A DNA stretch of 64,000 nt from Octopus sinensis (GCF_006345805.1 NC_043000.1:152954001-153018000); one strand, 5' to 3'; shown: positions 12,895 to 25,424, counted from the stretch's first letter. Numbers and translations are program-made. The notes: a model not told the origin generated them from the sequence alone.

Positions 12895-13552
12895 ATCCCA
12901 GGTAAAATGTTTAGCGGCATTTCGTCCGTCTTTACATTCTGAGTTCACATTCCACCAAGGTTGACTTTGCCTTTTGTCCTTTTGAGGCAAGTGAAATCGA
13001 AATCAAATTTGATGAAATCGAAATCAAATTTGATGAAATTGAAATCAAATTCGATGAAATTGAAATCAAATTCGATGAAATTGAAATCAAATTCGATGGC
13101 TGGCATCCGTGCTAGTGGAGCGCTAAGAGCACCATCCAAGCGTGATCGTTGCCAGAGCAGCTGTCTGGCTTCCATGCCGGTGGCACGTAAAAAGCACCAT
13201 TCGAGTGTGATCGTTACCAGTGTCGCCTTACTGGCACATGAAAAAACATTCTAGCAAGGTCATTGCCAGTGCTACTGAACTGGCTCTTGTGCAGGTGGTA
13301 CGTAAAAAACACCATTTGAGTGTGGCCGTTGCCAGTACCGCCTGACTAGCCCTTGTGCCGGTGGCATGTAAAAGCATCCACTATACTCTTGGTGTGGTTG
13401 GCATTAGGAAGGGCATCCAGCTGTAGAAACTCTGCCAGATCAGATAGGAGCCTGGTGCAGCCATCTGGTTCGCCAGTCCTCAGTCAAATTGTCCAACCCA
13501 TGCTAGCATGGAAAGCGGACGTTAAACGATGTTGATGATGATGATGATGATG
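12895..13552 (+). mobile_element. SINE-D 5' portion joined to an RTE 3' UTR carrying a 5 x 21-bp tandem repeat
   Basis: Junction near 12982; unit gaaatYgaaatcaaattYgat at 12993-13097; (GAT)n tail. Confidence 0.75.
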
Positions 13553-14412
13553 CTGTTCAAGATTGTTGTGATTGTTCAGTTTTGCTGCTCTTCTTGTTAT
13601 TGTTGGTTTTGCTCAATATTGCTGTTGTTAAATATTGTTGTTATTCTATGTTGTTGTTATTTAGTGTTATTATTGTCTGGTATTGTTGTTCTCTAACAGT
13701 GTTTATCATACAATGTTGCTGTTAGTCAATATTTTACAATAATATATTTTTTAATATTGCCCACTTATGTGTACCTTTCCTTCATTGGACACTAAACTCT
13801 GCTTGCGAAGACCTGTTGAGGCAAGTGAAATCGAAATTAAATTCGATGACTGGCATCCATGCTTCTGGAGCGCTAAGAGCACCATCCGAGCATGATCGTT
13901 GCCAGAGCAGCTAACTGGTTTCCATGTCGGTGGTATGTAAAAAGCACCATTCAAGCGTGATCATTATCAGTGTCACCTTACTTGCACTTGTGCCAGTGGC
14001 ACATGAAAAGACAATCAAGCGAGGTCATTGCCAGTGCCGCTAGACTGGCTCCTGTGCAGGTGGCACGTAAAAAACACCATTTGAGTGTGGCCGCAAAGAA
14101 AAATCCTGTGATAATGATACCTAGCAATTGAAGTGATTGTGAGGATTCCAGTTGTTTGCTCTTTAGGTTTGGTGGTGATGAAATTGTGATAATGTATTCT
14201 TGGATTGTGCAGTGATTGTCTCTTTGTGCTGTTCAATGAATCAAGATTGTCATAATGTAACTGGAGGACACTCTTGATGTGTACACCATTTGTGGGGTCT
14301 GTGTAGGTTTGGCATTTTGATACATGTCAATGACACTTTGGTTTGGATGATTAGAGAGAAATAAAGGTAATATCTCCATAGGAGTAGGTGTGATTGGAGG
14401 TGACTGAGTAGG

Positions 14413-14839
14413 CAGGGCCAGATTAAGACCCATCAAGGCCCTAAGCACTTAAAAGATTTTGGTGTCCCCACAAAAGATTATGCAATTCAAAATATAAACA
14501 ATAACAAACCATAAAATGATTTTTTTCATTTTTCAAGACAAAACGGTAAGAGGGAAAATAATGTTTATTTTTTTTATACTTCCACTTCATTTATATTTAA
14601 AAAGTTTCCTCCTACTTTTTGGAATTGCAAAGTCTTTGATCAGATCCTCAAAGTTAATCTTAGGTAACACATCTGCATCTACACTTAGTAGAGATAAAGG
14701 CATCCCGAATATTATTTTAGCAAGTTTAAAGTGGTTTCTTTTGTGCCATAAACCATTTACCATTTCTGTGGTGACCCCCCCTCCTTCTCTTGATGCCCTA
14801 AGCACGTGCTTGTTTTGCTTAATGGTTAATCCAGTTCTG
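14413..14839 (-). mobile_element. Non-autonomous hAT element retaining the transposase C-terminus
   Basis: Imperfect TIRs CAGGGCCAGATTAA / TTAATCCAGTTCTG, 8-bp TSD tgagtagg, and ORF LSLLSVDADVLPKINFEDLIKDFAIPKSRRKLF resembling the hAT dimerisation tail. Confidence 0.85.
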
Positions 14840-15387
14840 TGAGTAGGTCATAAATATATAGAAGAAAAGTGCAAGAGACAGTATTGACTGTCGAAGCACC
14901 CTAAAGCTGATGGAATGTGACTATCTCTCACTTTCTCTTCTATTTCTCCTGCCTCTGTCACCTTTTTTCTTCTGTCCCTGTTTTTCTCACTATATTTACT
15001 CTCTCTCATTCTTGTTCATTCTCTTTCATCACTCTCTCTTCAATTCACTCTTTTAATTATGTTGCCTTGAATGAGTTTGACAACACAGGCTACAGAAGAC
15101 TGTTCAGTCTTGTCAGAATCAAGGCAATATCTCTAGCACTGGTGCCATGATAAATTCACCCATTACACTCTGTAACATAATGTAGATAACAAAGGGTAGA
15201 GTGGACCCTTTAGTTTTTATCTGGGGTGTGGCAACATCCTTTGTGTCTGTGCCACATTAAAATGCACTCAATACACTCTGTAAAGTGTTTGGATATTAAG
15301 AAGGGCATCACCCATAGAAACGATATAAAAATGGAACATAAGATTGAAATGTGGGTGGGTAAATTAAACTTTGTGATCTCGTTTACT

Positions 15388-15587
15388 CGTTTACTTGTTT
15401 CAGTCATTTGACTGCGGCCATGCTGGAGCACCGCCTTTAGTCGAGCAAATCGACCCCGGGACTTATTCTTTGTAAGCCCAGTACTTATTCTATCGGTCTC
15501 TTTTTGCCGAACCGCTAAGTAACGGGGACATAAACACACCAGCATCGGTTGTCAAGCAATGCTAGGGGGACAAACACAGACACACAA

Positions 15588-15634
<47 letters not shown>

Positions 15635-15797
15635 TACGACAGGCTTCTTTCAGTTTCCGTCTACCAAATCCACTCACAAGGCATTGGTCGACCCGAGGCT
15701 AAAGTAGAAGACACTTGCCCTAGGTGCCACGCAGTGGGACTGAACCCGGAACCCCGTGGCTGGTTAGCAAGCTACTTACCACACAGCCACTCCTGCA
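15388..15797 (-). mobile_element. SINE family A
   Basis: Full-length copy, head-to-head with 15900-16318. Confidence 0.88.
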
Positions 15798-15899
15798 CCT
15801 ACTGTGATGGACATTCTTTTTATACAACTTCACTCTCTTGACAGAAAAAGGGGCATCGGTGGGACTAGTTTCAGTCTTTATTAAAATTCCATTTACTAC

Positions 15900-16318
15900 T
15901 AGGTGCAGAAGTGGCTGTGTGGTAAGTAGCTTGTTTACCAACCACATGGTTCTGGGTTCAGTCCCACTGCGTGGCACCTTGGGCAAGTGTCTTCTACTAC
16001 AGCCTCGGGCCAACCAAAGCCTTGTGAGTGGATTTGGTAGCCGGAAACTGAAAGAAGCCCTTCGTATATATGTATATATATATATGTATATATGTGTGTG
16101 TGTGTTTGTGTATCTGTGTTTGTCCCCCTAGCATTGCTTGACAACCGATGCTGGTGTGTTTACGTCCCCATCACTTAGCGGTTCGGCAAAAAGAGACCGA
16201 TAGAATAAGTACTGGGCTTACAAAAGAATAAGTCCCGGGGTCGAGTTGCTCGATTAAAGGCGGTGCTCCAGCATGGCCGCAGTCAAATGACTGAAACAAG
16301 TAAAAGAGTAAAAGAGTA
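15900..16318 (+). mobile_element. SINE family A
   Basis: Full-length copy. Confidence 0.88.
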
Positions 16319-16420
16319 CTAAATACTTGGTTTAATTAACCAAGCTCCCTACTAAACTTTGTGGCCTTGTACCCACGTTAGAGATGGTCATCAACATCAT
16401 CATCATCACCACCAGCAAAT

Positions 16421-16434
16421 TACTACTACTGCTG

Positions 16435-16466
<32 letters not shown>

Positions 16467-16512
16467 GCTACTACTACTACTGTTACTACTGCTACTACCA
16501 CCACCACTACAA

Positions 16513-16550
<38 letters not shown>

Positions 16551-16551
16551 G

Positions 16552-16586
<35 letters not shown>

Positions 16587-16701
16587 GCTGCTGCTGCTAC
16601 TACTACTACTACTGCTACTACTACCACTACAACTACTACTACTGCTACTACTACTACTACTACTGCTGCTGCTGCTACTACTACTACTACTACTACTACT
16701 G

Positions 16702-16736
<35 letters not shown>

Positions 16737-16867
16737 GCTACTACTACTACTACTACTGCTGCTACTACTACTACTACTACTGCTGCTGCTGCTACTACTA
16801 CTACTACTACTGCTACTACTACTACTACTGCTGCTACTACTACTACTGCTGCTACTACCACCACACC

Positions 16868-16900
<33 letters not shown>

Positions 16901-16945
16901 GCTACCACCACACCACCACCACCACCACCACTACTACTACTACTA
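16421..16945. repeat. Compound (ACT)n/(GCT)n/(ACC)n trinucleotide microsatellite
   Basis: About 525 bp of interleaved triplets, which produce the poly-T, poly-L and poly-V ORFs. Confidence 0.95.
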
Positions 16946-18067
16946 ATATAAAACCAGAGTCTGAAAAATCTAGAGGTGGTCTTGTGTTGGTAAAAAAATC
17001 ATTTAGCAAAGCTGGCATATGAATAAGTTTGTATGTGTTGGGGAGAAGATGTTTACAGTAGCAGTGAGAAGATATCCTTGTGTGTTTTGCTTAAAACGTC
17101 AGGATTCTTGTCTCCCCAAAGAATACAAACTTGTCTAAATTTATGAACATTATTATTGTTGTTGTTGTTGTTGTTATTAATGTTGTTATTATGGCTGTGG
17201 ATAGCCGAAACATTAGTGGGAATGTCAGATAAAATGCCTTGTAGTATTTTGTTTTGATCCTTTACATTCTAAGTTCAAATCGTGCAGAGTTTTGACCTTG
17301 TGTCTCAGGACTAATAAAATAAGGTACCAGTGAAGCACCAGGTTGATATAACTGACTGCTTTCTATCCTCAAATTTCTGTGTGTTTACATTAGAAATTAT
17401 TATTATTATTATCTTCCACCAGGAACCTTTCGAGACGTCTCCCCCTTTTGGGAGTTTTTCATTGTTTTAATAATCATTGTTTTAAAGTTTTTTACACGGA
17501 TTTTTTAACAAACGGACAAAACCCTTTGTAACCTTTCGTCCTGTCTTGTCCCTTTATGTAATCATGCGTGTCAGCCCTTGTGGCCAATAAAAAATTTATT
17601 ATTATTATTATTATTATTATTGAGTGAGAGAGCAGCACACACCATCACAGTGGCACTGGGGTACGAATATACAAAACCCAATCTATATATATATACTCTT
17701 TTCTCTTTTTACTCTTTTACTTGTTTCAGTCATTTGACTGCGACCATGCTGGAGCATTGCCTTTAATCAAGCAACTTGACCCCGGGACTTATTCTTTTGT
17801 AAGCCCAGTACTTATTCTGTTGGTCTCTTTTGCTGAACCGCTAAGTGACGGGGACATAAACACAAACACCTCAAAACTGGTGGCCTTGAGCCTAAATTTA
17901 AAACTGTTGATGTTGTTGTGGTTCATGTTGTTATGTGCAATAATATGGGAGTAATTTTTTGTCATCTATAACTCTAATTACAACAATATAAAAAAAAAAA
18001 CATTAGAATAGTACTGCCTTTCTAAGTTTATTAATCCCTTTCTTTTAAAATGAACACACACACACAC

Positions 18068-21000
18068 ATCAACATCATTGATTAACATCCATTTTCCATG
18101 CTGACATGGGTGGGACGGTTTGACCAAGGTCTGGAGAGCCAGCGGTTGTACCAGGCTCCAATCTGGTGTGGCAGAGTTTCTTAATGCAAAGCACTCCGAG
18201 AGTATAGTGGGTGCTTTTTATGTGCCACCGGCACAGGAGCCAGTCAGGGGTATTGGCATCAGTCATGATCGGTTGGTACTTTTTACAAGCTAGCAGCACT
18301 GGAGCCAGTCAGGCAGAACTGGCATCGATCACATTCGGATGGTGCTTTTTACGTGCCATCAGCATGGGAGCTGGTCAGAGGGCACTGGCTTCAGCTACAA
18401 TATTTTTTTACTTGACTCAACAAGTCTTCTCAAGCATATCATATTGCCCAATGCATCAGGAGTATTCTTAACTGGGCCAGACATGCATGGCTGCGATCTC
18501 ACTTTAGTTGTTGGGTCTTCTCAATCACAGCATAACTCCAAAGGTCCCAGTTTCCTGTCATTGCCTCTGTGAGGCCCAATGTTCGAAGGTCATGCTTCAC
18601 CACTTATCCCATGTCTTCCTGGGTCAACCTCTTCCACAGATTCCTTCTATAGTTAGGGAGTGGCACTTCCTCACACAGCTGTCTTCATTCATATGTAACA
18701 CATGGCCACACCAGGGCAGTTGCCTCTCTTGCACACCACATTTGATGCTTCCTATGCCCAATTTTTCTCTCAGGGCGCTTACACTCTGTCGTGTATGTAC
18801 ACTGACATTATACATCCAGCGGATTATACTAGCTTCATTTTTGCCAAGCCTACGCATGTCCTCAGCATTCATGGCCCATGTTTCTCTACCGTGTAACATG
18901 GCAGTTCACACTCATGCATCATACAGTCTACCATTCACCCTGAGTAGAGAGGCCCTTAGATGCCAGCAGAGGTGGGAACTCCCTGAACTTTGCCCAGGCT
19001 ATTCTTACTTAATCACTACACTAACAGAACAACCACCCGCACTACAGACTTGGTTGCCTAGGTAGCAGAAGCTATCAACTACTTCTAGTTTCTTCCCCTC
19101 ACATGTGATGGAATATGTTTTCTGTACATCTTCAGTGTTTATTGCTCTAGTGCTTCTGTCACACACAAGAACTATTTTCCCAGTTAACCTTCCTTTGATA
19201 TTGCTGCACCTTTTATGTGTCCATAGCTTACACCAGGTACATCATGTGGAGTTTCTACCCAGGCCTTTTTTACAGATCGAGCAGAACCATCTACCTGAAG
19301 GGGATTGTGATTTGACAGCCTCCCTACTTACTAAGACTTTGGTTTTGACTAGGTCAACCCTAAGGCCCTTTGATTCTAGACCTTGCTTCCACTCCCTAAA
19401 CTTTGTCTCCAGTTCTGGCAGTGACTTGGGTATTAGAGCAAGGTCATCAGCATAGAGGAGCTCCCAGGGACAGCCTGTCTTGAATTCCTCTGTTATTGCC
19501 TAGAGGACTATAATGAATAAGAGGGGGCTGAGGAGTGATCCTTGGTGAACCACAACTTCTACTCAGAATTCTTCACTATATTCATTGCATAAGGAACTAG
19601 GAGATTCCTGTCAAAGGTTTTCTCCAAGTCAACAAAAGTCAAGTACAAAGGTTTATCTTTGGTTAGGTATTTCTCCTGCAATTGCCTTACCAGATATATA
19701 GCATCAGTGATGCTTCTGCCTGTAACAAAACTGAACTGTGTCTCATCTAGGTTAACTCTCTCCCTAATTAGTTGGGCTATGACCCTCTCTGTTACTTTCA
19801 TCACCTGATCCAATAATTTGATACCCCTGTAGTTATTTCTATCTAAAGCATCACCTTTACCTTTTGTAGCAGTTGACTATGGTGCTGCCATGTCAGTCAT
19901 TGGGTATGACTCCTTCTTGAACTACCTGATTTACGATGCTGGTGACAAGACCATAACCTATATTGCCCAATATTTTAAGCATCCCAGAAGTGATTCTTGA
20001 TAGGCCAGGTGTTGTCCGTTTTCATATCCTTAATTATTTTATCTACCTGGGTACTCTCGATTCAGATAGCTTGTCGCTCAGTTGGGTCAACCTTTGGCAG
20101 GCTCCTCCCATTCATTCTCCACATTCAGCAGTCTTTCAAAATGGCTTCTCCAAGCCTTTTTCTTTGCAGATTCATTAAACACAAGGGCACCATCATCTAT
20201 GCAGACACATTTCTCTCCTATGACATCATGGTCTTGCAATCCAAAATACTTCAGTTCTCTGGTCCTCACATCACTGAACATTGGCAAACTTCTTCTTTTC
20301 TGCTACTCCCTTGGCTATATATATACATGTCTCTTAACTTCCCTTTTGGCTATCTGATACATTCTCCTGGTGCCCCCACTATTCCAGGCATTCCAGGCCT
20401 GTTTCTTGGCTCTAGTGGCCCTGTGTACAGTGTTGTTCCACCACCATGTTATCTTAGGTCTGGCCTGTGGCACTGAGCAAGCTGTCTCGCAGGAATTCCC
20501 TGCTGCCTTCTATGTCACAGGACTGTAGCTCCCCCTCCCTATCATTAAGTTTTTTGGTAAGGACATCCCTAAATCTCTGACCATGTGAAGGGTTCCTAAG
20601 CTTCCAAGTTCTTCTTTCCCCGATTGGTCTGGTTTTTGGCATCCTTCTGGCCTTGGGTCTAAAGTCACTAATAACTAGTCTATGATGGGGTGTACATTCT
20701 TCACCAGGGAGGGTCTTTGTATTTAAGAGCAACCATGCATCCCGCTGTCTGGTGTGAATGAAATTGATCTGGCTAGTGGAGCCACCTGATTGGTAGGTTA
20801 TGAGGTGGCTGGCTGGCTTCCTGAAGTTGGTGTTGCAAATCGGTAGGTTATTTGCATCACAGAACTCCAGGAGCCTAGTTTCCTCTTCATTTCTGGTACC
20901 AGCTCCATGGCCTCCATGTACACCATGGGAAATACCAGATTGTTGTCTGATATGCCCATTAAAATCTCCAGCCACAAAGATGATATCATTATCACTTGTC

Positions 21001-21620
21001 TTTGAGGTAGCCTGCAGAAGAATATCCTAAAAGTGATCCTTCTGTTCATTTGGTAGGCCCGCTTGTAAGGCATAGGCAGAGATTATTGTAGCTATACCAT
21101 TCTGCAAGAGTAGCCTGAGTTTAAGTTCTCTATTACACACCCTCGTACGTCTACGATCTTATCCACCCATTTCTCTACCTACACCCCCTATTCCATCACT
21201 ATTATCTTCCCAGAAGAGTTTATACCTATGTGCTTTGCCTGTGAGGACTCTGGCTGAAGCTCTTCTCCATCTTACCTTTTGAACACAACATACATCAACA
21301 CGTCTCTGTTCAAGCATCTCTACAATCTTGCTAGATCTACCTTTCAATGTGCCTACATTTAGAGCGCCAAATCTGAAAACTGGGAAAGAGATATGGGAGG
21401 TAGCACAGGAAGGAGAGGTTATTCAGTACCTGAAGAGAAGGATCTCGTGAACATTTGGTAACAGGCATCATAATAGTTGTTCTTGCTTTTAACCGACCAT
21501 CATTCAGAGATGTCAGAGTTAAGGTTTTTACCGCTACTAGGTGGGTTGGGGTGGAGGAGTGAGAAAGCATTGTATATGAAAGTGTTAGGGGCATTGTAAA
21601 TATAAGCGTTATGAGCCTTG
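18068..21620 (-). mobile_element. Near-full-length decayed RTE-clade LINE (APE endonuclease, RT, 3' UTR)
   Basis: Fragments in the expected order: VDVCCVQKVRW (21159-21347), AGDFNGH...RLLEFCDANNLPICNTNF (20454-20975), QFSFVTGRSITDAIYLVRQLQEKY...FVDLEKTFD (19559-19813), ELLYADD, MLHGRETW...RWMYNV...WCGHV (18624-18899). Multiple stops and frameshifts. Confidence 0.92.
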
Positions 21621-22026
21621 TGGGAGAAGTGTTACTGATGCTGCAGAAAGAAAAAGGTAAGTGGGCTACTATCTGGTTTAGTTAGTCTAAGGATAGGTGG
21701 AGAGAGAAGAGAGGGTAGCAAGATTACCAATAGAGGAGGAGAAATGGGAAGGGCAACTGGATGTCCAGTAAGCGAAAGATTTCTGGTGAGAGAGAGAGTG
21801 AGAAAGAAAGATTTCCGGTATTGGTGGTGGGGGTGGGAAATGATGGGGGCAATCACCAACATGAAAGGTCATTTTAAAGGTTATAGCAAACAAGAAGTTA
21901 TTTCAGAGAAAAGTATGAAATAAGTATATATATGTAGCCAAGAAACAAGGTTAGTCATTGTAGGGTTAGAACAAACAAGAAAGAATTATTTTAGAGAATG
22001 GATGAGTTTGAATGAATATATATATA

Positions 22027-22525
22027 TAATCAAATCAAATCAAAATAGATGAACATCAATGGAATTTATATCTTTGTGGTACCAGTGCCGGTGGCACACC
22101 AGAAAACCATCCAAACATGGCCGTAGCTAGTATCGCATTGACTGGCCTCTGTGCTGTGGGCACGTAACAAACACCATCCGATCGTGGCCGTTCGCCAGCC
22201 TCATCTGGCACCTGTGTCGGTGATACATAAAAACACCATCCGAGCGTGGCCGTCTGCCAGCCTCGTCTGGCACCTGTGTCGGTGGCACAAAAAAACACCA
22301 TCCGAGCGTGGCCGTTCGCCAGCCTCGTCTGGCACCTGTGTCGGTGGCACATAAAATCACCCACTACACTCTCGGAGTGGTTGGCATTAGGAAGGGCATC
22401 CAGCTGTAGAAACACTGCCAGATCTGACTGGCCTGGTGCAGCCTTCGGGCTCCCCAGACCCCAGTTGAACCGTCCAACCCATGCTAGCATGGAAAGCGGA
22501 CGTTAAATGATGATGATGATGATGA

Positions 22526-22528
<3 letters not shown>
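22027..22528 (+). mobile_element. RTE 3' end with 3 x 62-bp internal tandem repeat
   Basis: Units start at 22171, 22233 and 22295; same subfamily as 39425-40560. Confidence 0.85.
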
Positions 22529-22556
<28 letters not shown>

Positions 22557-22559
<3 letters not shown>

Positions 22560-22895
22560 GTAAAGATCCCCTTTGGTCATGAATGATCATGGGATTGCAC
22601 CTAGAAAGTGACCCTCTGAAGCACAAGCCTGGGAAAGATTGTTTATGGAAGGCCAGCAGTCACCCATGCATTCCAGCTTCCCCTTTCCATGCCATCAATG
22701 TTATCCAAGGGAAAAGCAAAGTCCAATACAGCTTGGCACCAGTGACATCGCACCTCATTTTTACAGATGAGTGAACTAAAGCAATGTGAAATAAAGTATC
22801 TTGCTCAAGAACACAACACACAACCCGGTCTGGGAATCAAACTTATTACCTCATGATTATGAGTCTGATGCTTTAACCACTGAGGCATGCACCTC
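22557..22895 (-). mobile_element. SINE family F (tRNA-like head at right end), adjacent to (TA)n
   Basis: Homologous to 47725-48062. Confidence 0.7.
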
Positions 22896-22936
22896 CATTG
22901 GGTGTTTATATGTCTATGTATGTATCTTTTAAAATA

Positions 22937-23513
22937 TTGGGTTGTCTGGAAAGTTCATGCCGATTTTTAAAGGAAAGAAAAAGGTCAATAAATACTTGCC
23001 ATTAAATTTTTAATAAACCAAATATGAACCATTTTGTTCATAATGCGTCTCCATCTTTCCTTTAACTTGAAAATACCCTCTTTCTAGAATTGAAGGGGTT
23101 TCATGGCAATCAAGGTATCTTTTTACTTCATCCAAGGAATTGAAATTTTTACCATTAAGACTATTCTGCAGAGACCTGAATAAGTAGAAATCCGAAGTAG
23201 CAATATCTGGTGAATATGGAGTGTGAGGTAACACATCCCAGCCGAGCTGCAGCAATTTTTGTCTGGTTCCCAAAGTATCAAGTACCAAAAATGAACTTTC
23301 TTATCTTCCATTTTAAAGGGTCACAGAATTAGCACAGGTTATAGGAACATAAACCTTCTTCCACAAAAAGATAACTTAAACTGTGCTCTAAATGGCGGTG
23401 TTGTCAAAGCCTATTTTATGGATTCAACCATGTTCTAAAATAAGTCGAAAGGTAAGCTACTATGAATCGGCATAAGCTACTATAAATCGGCACAAACTTT
23501 CTGGACAACCCAA
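22937..23513 (-). mobile_element. Internally deleted mariner element
   Basis: About 30-bp TIRs TTGGGTTGTCYRGAAAGTT...GCCGATTT, TA on both flanks, and transposase tail WDVLPHTPYSPDIATSDFYLFRSLQN. Confidence 0.92.
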
Positions 23514-24021
23514 TACATGAGTTTTGCTTTACTTAAATAATAATCGGTCTTGATCTCTAGTGGTAGAAAAGACTTGCCCAGAGTACCTACTGCATGATAC
23601 CTTAGGTTTGTCTTTTATTATATATATAGTCTCTTGGCTGGCAATGCCCTGTGAATAGAATTAGGAATCAAAAACTGTATAGAACCTTGTTGTATATGTG
23701 TGTGTATATTCATGTGTGCACGAGTGTTAACATATCATGTCTTCACTTGCCACTGTCTTAATGAAATGGTGATACCATGTTTACATTTCTTGGTAACATT
23801 ACAACTAATTGCTCTGCGATTTAGAAGAATAATGATATAGAAAGAAAATAATCCCTTACTTGACAAATTGGTAAGGATTGGCAACAGGAAGGGCATGATA
23901 CTATAAAATGTTGCCTCACATAAGTCCCCATCGAATCCATGCAAGGAAAAAAACAGACATTAAATGAATAAATGAATAATCCGAGCTCTGTCTATATTCT
24001 TTGCATTTCTTCTCTTCTCAG

Positions 24022-24153
24022 GTCATGTTGATACTACCCATGTGGCCAACCGTGCCCGGCAATCATCATATAAGATGATTTCTGTTGAGTCTGCTTTAGA
24101 CATAATTTTGGCAGAAACTCCTGTTGCAGAGACTGCTAAATTTAAGTACTCAG
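24022..24153 (+). CDS. GPHN: Gephyrin exon (end of linker / start of MoeA-like E-domain): (x)HVDTTHVANRARQSSYKMISVESALDIILAETPVAETAKFKYS
   Basis: Acceptor tctcttctcAG at 24020-21, donor GTAAGT at 24154; 132 bp, phase 1 to 1; aligns with human gephyrin [41 protein letters not shown]. Confidence 0.92.
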
Positions 24154-24413
24154 GTAAGTAGAATGACTTTCTTCAACTGATTTTTTTTTTTTTTTTCATG
24201 TGATGGGAAGGCTCTTTCTTGATGTTTATTTGTATATAAGATATATGGTTTTGTTTTAAACTGTTAATTAGTGATTTTGTAGTGGAGCTATTAAAGTGTA
24301 TTTTTGAATGCATTCTTCATTAGGAAATTATTCAGTGTCATGCCTTAATTTTGATATATTTTCTGTATAAAATTTCATTTCACATTGCCTATTTTAATCT
24401 GTTCTATTGACAG

Positions 24414-24506
24414 AGTGCCTTGGTTATTATCTAGCAGAAGATGTGTTTGCCAAAGAACCCGTACCACCATTTCGGGCTTCAATCAAAGATGGCTATGCTG
24501 TGATGA
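24414..24506 (+). CDS. GPHN: Gephyrin E-domain exon: ECLGYYLAEDVFAKEPVPPFRASIKDGYAVM
   Basis: Acceptor ttgacAG, donor GTAAGT at 24507; 93 bp, phase 1 to 1; contains the MoeA PPF-x-AS-x-KDGYAV motif. Confidence 0.95.
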
Positions 24507-25424
24507 GTAAGTTAATCATGATATTTTCATGTGTTCTGCCTTTAACCTCTTGGTATCTAATTTTTCATGTCAGCACAAATAAATTTGTTTTCATTAGTTT
24601 GAATGTTTACAAACAATTTGTCAAGCAAATGTTTTTACAACTGGATGTATTTCCTAACACCATTCACTCAAGTGTGAAATCAGGAAATCAGGGTGGTATT
24701 TGTTTTCAGTTATATTGACTAAGGCAAGAAATATAATGAGATTTTGCTAAAGAACAGAATTCAATAGTGAGAACAGTGTGATTCCACATCCTTGAAATAA
24801 TTCATCTAGTAATTTAATCTTAACAAATACTGCTCTATAAATCAGTGTTCCTTCACTTTGAACTGCCTGTTTGTTTCTACACATTCAGACACTTGCATAA
24901 CATTGGGATACAGATATGACCATATAGTTAAGAAGTCACTTTGCAATCCTGTAATTCTAGGACAGTGCCTTGGACAAGTCTTTTACCACAGCCTTTGGTT
25001 GACCCAATCTTTGTGAATGAAATTAGGTTGATGGAAACTGTGTGGAAGCCTATCAGATGACTGTACCTTTTCTTAGGTGTTATAGTTAATCAGTTGCTCA
25101 GTTTAACACCACTATCTGGCCCTCAAGTACCTTTAATAGAGTCCACTCTGTTGGAAACATTCAGAACAGGTTTTCAGTCTGAAGGTAACTCAGATTGTGT
25201 TTTCTTCTCCCCTTGTCAGAATTTCTATCAAAATCTTTCATCAAATAGAGTAAGCAAGTACGATGAAGCAAACTGTAACAAAAGGCTAAATACAGTTTCT
25301 GTGGTACTTTTAAATACTTGAACTGAGGAATAAAACTTGTACATTCTTTTAATAGTTAGATACTTCATTTGTATTCTTTGACCATATCTATCCATTATTA
25401 ATGTTATTTTTCTGTAATTTTCAG

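Noticed and set aside
12961-13254. Regularly spaced 21-bp repeats resembling a CRISPR-like array
   Set aside because: They are direct tandem units with no spacers, in a eukaryotic retroelement UTR.
16359-17022. Long ORFs of 150-212 aa, suggesting a mucin-like gene
   Set aside because: They are entirely a product of the triplet microsatellite, with no splice or complexity support.
17520-17585. GGACGAAA motif on the minus strand suggesting another hammerhead
   Set aside because: There is no CUGANGA with a matching stem II and no stem I complementarity.
24407-24718. 103-aa ORF as a stand-alone gene
   Set aside because: Only 24414-24506 is gephyrin-like; the rest is intron read-through past a GTAAGT donor.
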